This document shows, in pieces, positions 40,748 to 53,284 of a stretch of DNA of 64,000 nt (positions are counted from its first letter, which is position 1; every line of letters begins with the position of its first letter). The notes under the pieces are model-generated. The model had not been told where the DNA came from. It was given only the letters and a program-made list of their open reading frames with translations, and ran no database searches. The stretch is from Octopus vulgaris (lineage: Eukaryota), in contig OX597814.1 of NCBI GenBank assembly GCA_951406725.2, positions 77,934,001-77,998,000 on the forward strand. Direction: 5' to 3'. A program made the translations under genes and the position numbers.

Positions 40748-41760
40748 TACGCGCAAAAGATTAGACTTTTAGAAAAAATTCCTAACATCAGGCTACAACA
40801 AGTAAATTTAGATGCCAAGAACCTTCCTAAGTATCCTAGCTGCCCCTAATAATAATGTTTACTGGAGCTGCTTTAATGTAGGTTTTATACATTTTTCCTT
40901 TATCCATCTGCTCAAATCTTTAAGAATAGTTCCTAATGCACTTATAACTACTTCATATTCAAACTACTTGTCAGTATAGTCAAATCCTAGCTTTCTACAT
41001 AACTCCCAGTGGGTTATTCTCTCTAGGTTGTCGTGCCTTTTCATGTATTCCTTATGTGCCAGCATACCGCATTCACACACAATATGAGTAACATTTTCCC
41101 CTTTTGATTTACATAACCTATATTGGGAAACTATCTGATTTTTGTCTATCTCTGCTTTTATCCAGTTAGTCCTCAATGCCTGATCTTATGTTGCTACTAA
41201 TAAACTTTCTGTCCATTTTCAGCCCCCTTTTCTGTAACCATAATCATATCTCACAATTAATATTTTCTGATACTTTCTCTGGAAATCTACTTTGCAAAGA
41301 CTTCCATTGCTACTCAGATAATCTTATTTCTTTTTTCTAGTTTCCCCCTACTTTTGGGTACATGGTTTCCATAGAGCCTACTGTTACACTAGCAGCACCT
41401 CATAAAATTTTTTCACTATTACCTACATAGGAGGCTGTATATACTCTAGCTAACTCCACACAACCTTCCACTGATATTGAACAACTACCATCTTCTTTTC
41501 TTTGTAAATATAATCTTGCTACTCCTACTCTACGATGGAGCCCTCCATTCATATTGAATTCCTTCCTAGTTCTGTCTAGATTTGCTAATTTAGATTTTGT
41601 GCAATCTACAAAAGCTGGTGAATACCTAAGTTTCGATTCTGGCCAAGTATTTACAGCTTTCACTAGATTTGGACCATTTAGCTTTGACTTCATTAACTTC
41701 CTTACACTTTTGATGTACTCCTCAATTTCCTCTCTCATTTCTATAATAATAATTATTATT
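40748..41760 (-). mobile_element. Degenerate R4/Dong-clade non-LTR retrotransposon, 3' part, ending in (TAA)n
   Basis: SKLNGPNLVKAVNTW..RLYLQRKEDG; CCHC knuckle YRLCKSKGENVTHIVCEC..KEYMKRHD; C-terminus VVISALG..LLLGAARILRKVLGI*; abuts a (TTA)n tract. Confidence 0.85.
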
Positions 41761-41944
41761 TTGCTGAAAGCTCTCAGCTTATTTTTTTTGGATATGATGG
41801 ACAATGTCAGCTGCCCACAGTTATCAGACAAAGGTGACATTTATTCTCTAATCGTGTCTCAAGAATCTTGTAGAAAACCCTTGCAGTTTCCTTGCAATGA
41901 TGATTTTTGTAGGTGTTCTATCTTTACATTTGTACCAACATTTT

Positions 41945-42130
41945 TGAGTCAGATTAGGCATCAGATTAGACATCAGATTAGACAACAGATTAGACATCGG
42001 AAACCTGCACTATTGTGGTGAACAGAAAAGATAAAACATGCTTGATAAACGATATAGCATGTCCTGGTGACAACAGGATCATAGAGAAAGAGAAAGAAAA
42101 AGTGAACAACTATGAAGAATTGAAGTGGGC
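41945..42130 (+). mobile_element. Inverted R4/Dong restriction-like endonuclease fragment
   Basis: QIRHRKP / VNRKDKTCLINDIACPGDNRIIEKEKEKVNNYEELKW matches the PD-(D/E)xK RLE region; preceded by a 12-bp tandem (cagattagacat, 4 imperfect units). Confidence 0.75.
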
Positions 42131-42340
<210 letters not shown>

Positions 42341-42385
42341 TGATCTATCAGAAACTGAACTTATGCTATGGGTTTCACGAGCCAT

Positions 42386-42970
42386 AAAACCCGGGATTAT
42401 GTAGTTGGTAAGTAAACTTCTTACCACACAGCCAAATGAAAATGAGCTAAGAGCAGCAAGTGGCATGCATTTAAACAACAAATACGAACGAGGGTGTATA
42501 CACACGTACATATGTACACATACATCTGATTTGTTTAAAAGCCTAGAAATGCTCGTAGTCTCCAAGACAGAACAAAGTAAACAACTGCTTGGCATTATCC
42601 AAATACACTCAATTAGAGATACAATGAAAATTTGTAAAACATTTCAAAGTTTATCCAATTTACTTTCCCGGAATGAACAAATGCTCACCATGGCATGTGT
42701 ATATAGCATACGTTCATACATGCAAACAGTAATAAAACATACACATGTGTACAAAAGCGACGTGCACACCCATTCTAGACCATGAGTTCAAGTTTGTTTT
42801 ACGCATGCACCTACTACATGCATACAATAACCTATTCACAAATTCCAGGAATTGTCATGTTTCAAACAAAAGAACCTTGTCAATTTGAGAGGCGCCGCTG
42901 CGAAGGAATTAAATAGATTAAACCATAAAAAATACCTGCATCCATACACACGCAAGCACACACGTGTGCA
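42386..42970 (+). repeat. Left arm of a ~570-bp inverted repeat pair (partner 46410-46962)
   Basis: The ORF track gives near-identical translations SDL(F/L)KSLEMLVVSKTEQSK.. at 42405(+) and 46492..46854(-). Confidence 0.9.
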
Positions 42971-43191
42971 CACGGGCAGTTATTCCTACTTATGTACATA
43001 CATACAAACACACATAGACACACACATGCATATATAGAAAAAGACAGAAACATATAGCTATGTGTGTATGTATGTATGTATATATATATATATATATATA
43101 TATGGGGAGTGAGTGTGACAGATCTGTATATAGATATACACACATACCTTTTGAATAAATAGAATGTGTCATTTATCTAAATGTTCTGTAT

Positions 43192-43265
<74 letters not shown>

Positions 43266-44003
43266 CAGGGTACGTACACTTTGGTCTCTTATATGTAAGC
43301 ATACATTTTTCTAAATCTTGTACGACTCTATTTCTCTGTATCAGCCCTTTCACGCTTATTCGTTCATTCCACTCTTCGTTCTTTCGTTCCCCCTCTCTCA
43401 CATTTCTTTGCCTTCTCTTTTTGCTCACTTTCCCTCCCCTTTTCATTTCATTGTGTCCCTGTCATTTTTTCTCGCCCCTCCTTAATTCTTCTGTCCCTCT
43501 GCCTCTCTCTTCTCTTCCCACGTGACCAGCGTTCGACCAAGCCTGATCTTTCTTTCTTAGTCTGGCCGTTGTCTGTGCATCATCGATATTCCTCCCTCTG
43601 TCTGTGAAATTTTGTATCCCTGCCATAAGGCGTCATTTCCACGCACGCCAGCTTAATTAAATTCGTCTTTAGTCGAAAGACACCTGTTGTTATGTCCTGT
43701 TATTATCTTTATTGTACTTGTGTAACATTGTCCGTTTTTCCCGTCTTTGTTTTTATATACATTCACAGCTTTCTTTAAAGGAATTTATTGCTCTTAGCTT
43801 AGTGTTTCCTTCGGGCTAGCCAGATTGGAGCAATCTCGAGTATAAACAGCCGAAATGGCAATGATAATCTGGAACTCGACTGAGGAAAGAAAATTCCGAA
43901 TGACCCGTACTTGTTTTCTTTGTATAGTCTATCTGGATGTTTTGTTGTCCCTTTTTTGTATCACCTAACTGTCTGGATGTTTTACGTTCTTGTCCCATTT
44001 TGC

Positions 44004-44050
<47 letters not shown>

Positions 44051-44145
44051 CATACATACATACACACACACATACATACACACTGTTATATTTTGTCTTA
44101 GAATTATCAAAATCCTCCTTATACTCATTATCATTATCAACGTAG

Positions 44146-44256
44146 GTATATTCTGTAACATTACCTTCGACAACCTTCTATGCTGGAATTACACAAGTGC
44201 CGGGAGCCTAGCAAGGCAACGCTGTCCCACGTACATCCACAAGTTCACGGATAAAA
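44146..44256 (+). CDS. Class B (secretin-family) GPCR, internal exon, first part of the hormone-binding domain
   Basis: cgtAG|..|GTAAGT; 111 nt, phase 1-1; encodes (G)IFCNITFDNLLCWNYTSAGSLARQRCPTYIHKFTDK, the C..FD...CW..T.AG.....CP signature. Confidence 0.9.
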
Positions 44257-45469
44257 GTAAGTTGCTAACATTAATTTCTCTAAAACTTGCTAATCCTAAT
44301 GGGCATATATATTTATTGTTTAATCAGCTATCCATTAATCCATCGATCCATCATTTTCTTCATTAATACACTCATTTATTTGTTCATCCACATGCAAATT
44401 AATTAACTATTTTTTTTTTGCTAACAAATGTTACCAAGCCTGTTTGATATGAAGAGAATTACTGAGGGGATACTGGGAGGTGTCTGCTACATGAAAAGGA
44501 TATAGTAAAGTGCATGATAACATATTTAAAGCAGTGCACCAAAGAATTTTAATTATTTTAAGTTACACCCATAGTAAAAAGAAAATGAATTAGCTAAATG
44601 ATTAATATAGGCGAAAAGGCAATAGAGTCATCCCTGAAATGTGAACAAATTCTTCCCTTGTGGTTGAGAGAGTTATTATTTATTGGTCAGTAAGTTTATC
44701 TGTTGTTAGCAGCCTCTCTGCAGAGATCTTGGCAGATCCTGTTTTAGTTAGTTACTGATGCATAGACATACATTGGGAACAATCAGCTGACGTATCTCAA
44801 AAGATAATCTACGTAGAATTCGTTCTTAAAGGTCGTATTCTTTATATAGCATAAGAATATGCATATAGCAGAGAACAAGAATTGGCATCAGGAATTTTTT
44901 CGCTGGTTGACAGGCGTCCGAAGGACTCAACGGATTGAATATAGGAATCGGTTGGATAGAGATGTTCGAATTCTATAAAGATTGATTAGTGGTTCTTGTG
45001 AACGATATTAACTTGCTGAGCGTTATTCAGGGAGTCGAAACATTATATAGTTTTTACCAGAACATATTCAGTCTACCATTATGCAAAACTTGCAGAAATA
45101 ACCAGTCTGATATACCCTTGTCAATGGCTATATCAAGTTCACGATAAGTTCAGAGATGCTTAAACTGACAAGTACTGGCCCCCACCAAAATATCAGTGAA
45201 ATTTGTTTTACTCCCACCACCAAAGTAAATTGCTGGTACAAGACCAGCCATTTTTTGAGAACTTTTTCATAATTCTACAGTGACCTTCATATTACATTTT
45301 GGCCAATAACAGTCAACCATATAAACTTCTGTCGCCTTTGTTTATATTTATACGCCTCTTTTTGCTTTATTTTCTTTATTTATAAACATAACCCAAATCA
45401 TTTGTACCTGGCTAAATATACATTACACTCAATGCAAAAACATATAAAAAGAGACATATCGTGAGGAAC

Positions 45470-45985
45470 CCAACATGCCCTGGTTCTTCTCAGATGATAA
45501 GAATTTTGTCCAAGATTAAAAAGTGAACAAGAGGAATGACAGATGACTCTGCATCAGCCCCACTAGAGACCTCACTGTTATGTACACCAAGTTCCCATCA
45601 ACTATGGTGGTCTTGGATGTCGTGTGCAATGAAGGGCATTTCCTTACTTTTCCCCGAGATGTCCTAGGATCACTGCGGTAACATACAGTGAGTAAATGGA
45701 GACAGAGACGGTTGTGAAACACGGATCGAGAAAGCTGCTCGATTTAGGCCGTACGTATTCCAGCCAGATTATGCTCACTCACACACTGCCTACTAGGAGT
45801 GAGTGGCTGAAAATGTTCATGATCATACTACGCTTGACATTTGGCCTCCTTAGCTCTCTTGGTTCATACACTCTGTACTAAAAATGTGCGGGGTACCGTT
45901 GAGATGGGGAGCAAGAAGCATGCCTACAGTACTAAGGATTCGTTAATGTTTGCTATTGGAAACGTTATGACCGATATGAATAAAG
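45470..45985 (+). pseudogene. Tc1/mariner-superfamily transposase relic
   Basis: FFSDDKNFVQD*KVNKRNDR, MVVLDVVCNEGH, RPYVFQPDYAHSHT, and a decayed WPPSSPDLNPLDY-like motif at ~45840. Confidence 0.75.
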
Positions 45986-45988
45986 ATA

Positions 45989-46068
<80 letters not shown>

Positions 46069-46409
46069 ATATTAAAATAAATGATACGTATTCTATTTAT
46101 ATAACTGATATGTGTGTATCTCTATATACACTGCTCTCTTACTCGCCATACACACACACACCATCACACACACACACCATCACACACACACACCATCACA
46201 CACACACACCATCACACACACACACATACACCCCCTGTCTCTGTATACATGTGCGTGTGTGGAGAGAAAGACAGACTTATGCCTATATAGGCATGTATGC
46301 ATACATGCATATATGTGTGCATATATGTCTCTATCACTCTCTACATGTGTATTTGAGTGCATGAATGTACCTATGTATGAATATCTGTATGTGCTAGTGC
46401 ACGAACGCG

Positions 46410-46962
46410 CGCACACGTGTGTACTTGCGTGTGTATGGATGCATGTATTTTTAAAGGTTTAATTCACTTCTTCTCTTCGCACCGGTGGCTCTCAAAATGA
46501 CAAGGTTCTTTTGTTTGAAACATGATTTGTGAATGAGTTATTGTATGCGTGTAGTGGGTGCATGCATAAAATAAACTTGCACTCATGGTCTAGAATGGGT
46601 GTGCACGTCGCCATTACTGTTTGCGTGTATGAGCGTACGACATATACACATGCCATGGTGAGCATTTGTTCATTCCAAGAAAGTAAAATGGATAAACTTT
46701 GAAATGTTTTATAAATTTTCATTGTATCTCTAATTGAGTGTATTTGGAGAATGCCAAGCAGTCGTTTACTTTGTTCTGTCTTGGAGACTACGAGCATTTC
46801 TAGGCTTTTAAGCAAATCAGATGTATGTGTGTACATGTGTACGTGTGTATACACTCTCGTTCGTCTTTGTTGTTTAAATGCATGCCACTTGCTGCTCTTA
46901 GCTCGTTTTCATTTGGCTGTGTGGTAAAAAGTTTACTTCCCAGCAATGTAACTCCGGGTTTA
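46410..46962 (-). repeat. Right arm of the inverted repeat pair
   Basis: Reverse complement of 42386-42970 with scattered substitutions and small indels. Confidence 0.9.
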
Positions 46963-47334
46963 GGCATAAGCAAACTGTTACTTAGTTAAAATGTTTGCGA
47001 ACTTTAGGTTAGTTAAAATATGCTTATTTCAACTTCTAAAGGCAAATTCACTGCAGGTACCGTGGAGAGAAAATGTTCTCTTATGGTAAAAAGGTGTAAA
47101 AACACCATATCTGTTCGGTGGTGTTCCCTGTCAGATTCTCAGACACACCGAAAAGAGGCAACTCTGGACAGACCTAATTAAAACTGTAATTGATTTGTGC
47201 TATTAGACTGCCAGGTAAGAAAAAAAATAAAGTAGTATCAGCGCCAAGAAGTGTTTAGACCTAAACGAGATTTATGTTAGTTAAAATATGTTTGTCACAA
47301 ACATATTTTAACCAGTGTAGAGTTAGCTCACATA

Positions 47335-48298
47335 TATATTTATAACAAAGTAAACTTGCAAGGTACCGCACGAGTGAAAATATATAGGAAAGAGGTTTTG
47401 AAAATGCTGAGGTCTTTTAAAGATGTTTAACTTTATCGGTTTCACTTTTTAAAAAAAGATTTTCAAAAGTAAAATGTAAAGCTTTGTTGTGTTAAAAAAT
47501 GGTTATCATAGTTGATAAATAGTTGTTTAAATAGTTCACATGAAAGTGTTCAAAATAGGTGGTAAAATAAATTTATAATTATTTTAAGTCCATCAGGAAT
47601 CATGGTTGTATATGAAGCATATATACAGAAGGAAATGTATTTAAGTATTTATACAGAATTTTAGGGGAATGACCAACCTTTCCATTTATTATCTTGTCTT
47701 CTAGTGTGTGTATGAGAGATGTTTGCTGTTATTAAACACAGTGTGGGAAGTTGGTTGGTGGGGGAGAGCGTTGTGGAATCAAAAGGATTTTTTTTTTTTT
47801 GGCCTAGTCTGTCATGGTTCAGTAGTTTTTGGGACTGGTCTTAGAGTTCAAAATGGTGTGTGTGCCTCTGTGCACGTTTCTATATGAGTGCGCGTATCTA
47901 TATGTGTATGGTCATTCCCCTAAAATTCTGTATAAATACTTTAATATGATTCCTTCTGTATATATGCTTCATATACAACCATGATTTTTGATGAACTTAA
48001 AATAATTATAAATTCATTTTACTACCTATTTTGAACACTTTCATGTAAACTGTTTAAACAAAAAGCCCCTCTTAACATTTTCATATCATTCATTGTCATT
48101 GATTCTATTTTTTAACATTATCTTATTATTAAAGACCGTATAAATGAATTTTAATACAACTATGATAACCATTTTTTAACACAACAAAGCTTATACAAAG
48201 CTTTACATTTTACTTTTGGTAATCTTTTCTTAATAAAATGAAACCGGTCAAGTCAATAAACATCTTTAAAATACCTCTGCATTTTCAAACCCTCTTTC

Positions 48299-48300
<2 letters not shown>
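47335..48300. mobile_element. Fold-back relic of a Neptune-family pLTR, with two U3-A8 hammerhead-like motifs (47430-47470 minus, 48212-48253 plus)
   Basis: Arms 47381-47674 and 47909-48300. The terminus gaaaccggtcaagtcaataaacatc.ttaaa..tgcattttcaaacc is homologous to 2360-2410. Ends in (TA)n. Confidence 0.75.
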
Positions 48301-48331
<31 letters not shown>

Positions 48332-48491
48332 CGTGCATATATATATACATACATGCATGCATATATATATATATATAACACATGTATGAATGTGTGTGTG
48401 TGTGTGTGTGTCTAAATATGTCTCCCTCTCAATTTCTGTTTGTTTATTTATATTCGCAATATTTGTATTCAATAGAAGTCTTGTCATTTAG

Positions 48492-48625
48492 GATTTGCTA
48501 CGAGACTTTGTTTACTCAATGGAAATTGGAGCCCGAGAGATGGATCCGATGGCAACATCACAAAAGGTTGGACGAACTTTTCTGAATGCTTCGACAGAAG
48601 TGGAGAGGCGCCTACATTTATAAGG
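48492..48625 (+). CDS. Class B GPCR, internal exon, second part of the hormone-binding domain
   Basis: tttAG|..|GTGAG; 134 nt, phase 1-0; encodes (R)FATRLCLLNGNWSPRDGSDGNITKGWTNFSECFDRSGEAPTFIR; in frame with both neighbouring exons. Confidence 0.9.
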
Positions 48626-48757
48626 GTGAGGTCTTATTTTATATACTCAAAAATGTACACGCCCAGTGCTTCTTAGTGCAAATACAAATAAATGTATAAG
48701 TACACACGCATGCACATGCACCGACACCCACACATTTGGACACAAGCGAACAAGCAT

Positions 48758-48790
<33 letters not shown>

Positions 48791-48938
48791 TATCTTTACG
48801 CATTTGTGTGCATGTGTGTGTTTGTATGAGCATGTGTGAGAGTGTATGTGTGTGTGTATGTGTGTATGTGTGTGTGTATGTAGGCTTGTTTGAATTTGAG
48901 AAATAGAAATTTTTTGTAAATTTCGATTAAAAATAAAA

Positions 48939-49097
48939 AGGAGTGACTGTATGGTAAGAAAACTGCTTCCCAACCATATGGTTTCGGGTTCAGTCCCACT
49001 GCGTGGCACCTTCTACTGTTGCCTCGGGCCGATCAAAGCCTTGTGATTGGTTTTGGTACACAGAAACAAAGAAGCCTGTCGTACATATATATGTACG

Positions 49098-49145
<48 letters not shown>

Positions 49146-49350
49146 TGTTTATGTTTGTTCCACTACCATCGCTTGACAACCGATGCTGGTGTGTTTAAGT
49201 CTCCGTGACTTAGCGGTTCGGCAAAAGAGACCGATAGAACAAGTACTAGGTTTACAAAGAACAAGTCCTGGGGTCAATTTCTTCGACTAAAGGCGCTGCT
49301 CAAGCATGGCCACAATCACATGACTGAAACAAATAAAAGAATAAAAGAAA
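48939..49350 (+). mobile_element. tRNA-derived SINE, family A
   Basis: Head, central (TA)n and tail are present. Confidence 0.88.
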
Positions 49351-49940
49351 TGTTGGTATATGCACTTATGTCTCTCTCACTCCCTCTCCCTCTCCCTCTC
49401 TCCCTCCCTCTCCCACCACACATTATTCCTAAAATTAGAACGCTTCACTTTTATTTCCATACATTCCTCTTGACATTCTTTCAAGATTCCAAAAACATTG
49501 ACTTTTCTATGTTGCAAATAGATACTCCCTGGAAAACTAGGGCAAAAGCAAAGCTGTTGCACTCAAGAAATAACAAAGTATTGAACGATGTATGGCACGT
49601 GAACATCCTGACCAAATTCCAGACTGAAAGAATTGTGGTTCCAGCATAAAATCGATTCAGATACCTCGAACCTGTTTTCTGCCTTCTCTACATCATTCAA
49701 ATGCAAGTCAATATGTGATAAGCAAAGAAAACCCTTTTCTGCATTTCTAATCTAAAATTAGATTACCGCTTTTGCCGGTGTATATAAGACACACTTGTGT
49801 TTGCATTTTTAAATATATCAAAGGAATTGCCATACGGCTAATGCGGCTCTGTTGCAGATGGGAGAGGGAATGTTGTAGGCTACAGAGCTGGATGACCATA
49901 AGTCCGTTTGGTACAATAATTGATACAAATAACTAAAAAT

Positions 49941-50275
49941 TGGCTTCAAATTTTGACACAAGGCCAGCAGGTTTGGAGGAGGAGCTTAGTCACTTACATC
50001 GACCTCAGTGTTTATCGACTTTCGAAAGGATGAAAGGAAAAGCCAATCTCGGTGGAATTTGAACTCAGAAGGTGTACACGGAAGAAATGCCGCTAGGCGC
50101 GAAAGTGGGTATGTGGTAAGAAGCTTGCTTGCTAACCACATGGTTCCGGGTTCAATTCCACTGCGTGGCACCTTGGGCAAGTGTCTTTAACTATAGCCAC
50201 GAGCCGACCAAAGCCTTGTGAGTAGATTTGGTAGATGGAAACTGAAAGAAGCCCGTCGTATACATACATACATAT

Positions 50276-50341
<66 letters not shown>

Positions 50342-50577
50342 GTATATATATATATATATATATTAACTGTATGTCTGTGTTTGTCCCCACACCATCGCTT
50401 GATAACCGATGTTGGTATGTTTACGTCCCCGTAACCCAGCGGTTCAGCACAAGTTACCGATAAAATAAGTACTTGGCTTACAAAGAATAAGTCCTGGGGT
50501 CGATTTGTTCGACTAAAAGCGGTGCTCCAGCATGGCCGCAGTCAGATGACTGAAACAAATGAAAGAGTAGAAGAGTA
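49941..50577. mobile_element. SINE B (minus, 49941-50095) fused head-to-head with SINE A (plus, 50096-50577)
   Basis: gaatttgaactcagaa..gaaatgccgctag runs directly into gcgcgaaagtgggtatgtggtaagaagc. Confidence 0.8.
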
Positions 50578-50732
50578 AGCATTAAGGTCACCGCCTTCAA
50601 ATAATTAGATATTGAAAACAAACCAAAGTAAAATTGCTTGTTCGTTGGCAGTGGTGTGGCGAGGTCACATCATCTCATTATACTTCCTTCCCCAACAATA
50701 TATAATCCAATTTTAATGTACCTCTCACCTTA

Positions 50733-50950
50733 GGGCAGCGAACTGGCAGAATCTTTAAAGCCCTGGGAAAAATGCTTAGTAGCTTTTCGTCCGTCTTTAC
50801 GTTCAGAGTTCAAATTCCGCTCTGGCTGAATTTGCCTTTCATGCTTTCGTAGTTGATAAATAAGTACCAGTAGAACACTGGCGGTCGATTTAATCTATTT
50901 ACTCCCCTCCCCCCCAAATTGCTGACCTTGTACCGAAATTTTGAAACCAA
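50733..50950 (+). mobile_element. SINE family B
   Basis: ggcagcgaactggcagaatc..gagttcaaattccgc.. Confidence 0.82.
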
Positions 50951-51269
50951 TATATATCTTACATTATTTAATGATTCTGTTTATATTTAAGGAACATTTT
51001 TTTAATTATCTAAATGAAAAATTCTCCGAGAAAGATTAATGAAATGTTAACAAACTTTGATCTACCTATTAGTTGTTTGCAATGAGTGAATGACAACAAA
51101 ATCATAGCGGTGGCGCACCACGCTGGTTGCCAATGGCGAATACATAAAACATCACAACCAGAAATACGAGCTTTACATTCTGTATGGTAATTCTCTTGAC
51201 AAAAGCATAAACATCTATACAATTGATCTAGATAAACCTGAGATACGGCAGTCTCATAACGTATCTTCT

Positions 51270-51629
51270 ACCTTTTATTATTTACGTGTTCCAGTCATTA
51301 GTCTGTGGTCATGCTGGGGCATCGCCCTGAAGAAATTTTAGTCGAATGTATCGACTCCAGTACTAATTTTTAAAGCCTGGTACTTATTCTACCGGACTCT
51401 TTTGCCGAATCGCTAAGTTATAGGTGGGGGACAAAGACACAGACATAGACACACACATACACACACGACGGTCTTCTTTCAGTTTCCTCTACAAAATCCA
51501 CTTTCACAAGACTTTGCTTGGCCCGAGGCTATAGTAGAAGACACTTGTCCAAGTTGCTACGTTGTGGTACTGAGCCCAGAACCATGGTTGCGAAGCAAGC
51601 TTCTTACCACACAGCCACACCTGCGCCTA
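51270..51629 (-). mobile_element. tRNA-derived SINE, family A
   Basis: Ends cttaccacacagccacacctgcgcct, the reverse complement of the head. Confidence 0.85.
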
Positions 51630-51864
51630 AATTTAGTTTAGGATAAATATATAGTTTCATATTTTATTCCAGAATACTGTCACTGTATTGTATTTACTTG
51701 CCCAGAATCTTACATTTCCTTCAGCAAAACTACTTAAGCAAATCTTTAAGTAAATGACGAAACATGACGAAACATGAAACACTTATTTTCTCCACAAGAT
51801 ATACTTGTAAAATAAGGTTGTGCTTTTTGCCAGAGTGTTTCGTATACTGCGGTCATTTGTTCTT

Positions 51865-52055
51865 TCATTCTTTTACACGTTTCAGTCATTTGACAGCGGC
51901 CATGCTAGAGCACCGCCTTAAAGGCTTTTGGTCGAACAACTCCATCCCAGAACTTATCCTTTGTAAGCCCAGTATTTATTCTGTCGGTAATTTTGCCGAA
52001 CTACTAAGTTACGGGGATAAGCACACCAACATCGATTGCCAAACGGTGGTGGTGG

Positions 52056-52087
<32 letters not shown>

Positions 52088-52295
52088 ACACAAACACACA
52101 CACACACACATACATACACATACATATATATATATACTTTGGGCTTCTTTTCAGTTTCCGTCTACTAAATCCACTCAGAAGACCTTGGTTGGCCGAGGCT
52201 ATAGTAGAAGACACTTGCCCAAGGTGCTATGCAGTGGGACTGAACCTGGAACCATGTAGTTGGGAAGTAAGAATCTTACCACACAGCCATGCCTA
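51865..52295 (-). mobile_element. tRNA-derived SINE, family A
   Basis: gggactgaacctggaaccatg..cttaccacacagccatgcct. Confidence 0.85.
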
Positions 52296-52941
52296 TGTAG
52301 TTAGAATTGATATCTGAATTAACCCTTGTACAAATCCCTGGAACTATTGTTGTTACTGCCTTAGGCCAGAGTTACTGCCATACACCAAATATGATGGTGC
52401 TGACCTATCATCAAAGTTATTCCACTTGTGACAATCACAGTTTTAGAGATATTTAATATTACATTATCCTAATGTATTCCCCACCCCACACTAAAATGGC
52501 CAGATGAGCTTGTAGGAGGTTTGATTGCTATTTCAAGTAAGATGAGAAATCGCATAGAGGTTCTCTAGTTGGTTCGAAACTTTAAGCTTTTATAAAACTA
52601 ATACCCATGAAGGGTTTCTGCGTGGGGCACGTCATCGGGATAGAAATCTCTGGATAGGAGTCAAGCATAAAGGCTGATGGCATTGTTATAATGTTGGGCA
52701 TACGATAGTAAGGTTGTATGTCGATTTCCGAATCGGGCAATGTATTGAGTCCTTGAGCAAGTTATGTCATTTCACGTTGCTCCAGTTCACACAATTAAAA
52801 CTGAGTACCAGTAACTGACGCTAACCTTGCGACAAACTGGCCTTTCGTCCAGGAATAGGAATAGCAAATAGACGACACTATTTCGTTACTGAAAGGCGGG
52901 CCGTCATGATAGCCTGGACTTGATGATGGTGGTGGTGGTGG

Positions 52942-52985
<44 letters not shown>

Positions 52986-53189
52986 TAAGCTCTTCTAAAA
53001 CATTTGGTTCCCATTTCTGATACGTGGGTATGACATGTTCAACATATAAGATTCAGCAAAACTCCGGTAGCACATTTGAGATAAAAAGCTTTAAACTCAA
53101 TCACATTACCTGATTCACACAACCACTTTGTCCATGCTTGTAGATATTTATTTCTGTCTATAATTTACATAAGCAATTTTTAATTTCAG

Positions 53190-53284
53190 GAACACATGCA
53201 AACCTGGCGGATTATCTACAATGTCGGATACAGCACATCGCTATTTTCTTTGCTTGTTGCAATATTTATTATGATATACTTCAG
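53190..53284 (+). CDS. Class B GPCR, internal exon encoding TM1
   Basis: tttcAG|..|GTAAAT; 95 nt, phase 0-2; encodes EHMQTWRIIYNVGYSTSLFSLLVAIFIMIYF(R), the class B TM1 motif Y..GYS.SL..L..A..I..YFR. Confidence 0.92.

Noticed and set aside
42405-42785. 126-aa ORF with a paralog at 46492..46854 as a duplicated gene
   Set aside because: The similarity reflects the inverted DNA repeat; the frames start and end differently and partly derive from SINE or simple sequence.
43878-43912. CTGAGGA..CCGAAT..GTA hammerhead-like relic in an unclassified repeat
   Set aside because: GAAA box is mutated and the stems do not pair convincingly; cannot be supported from one copy.
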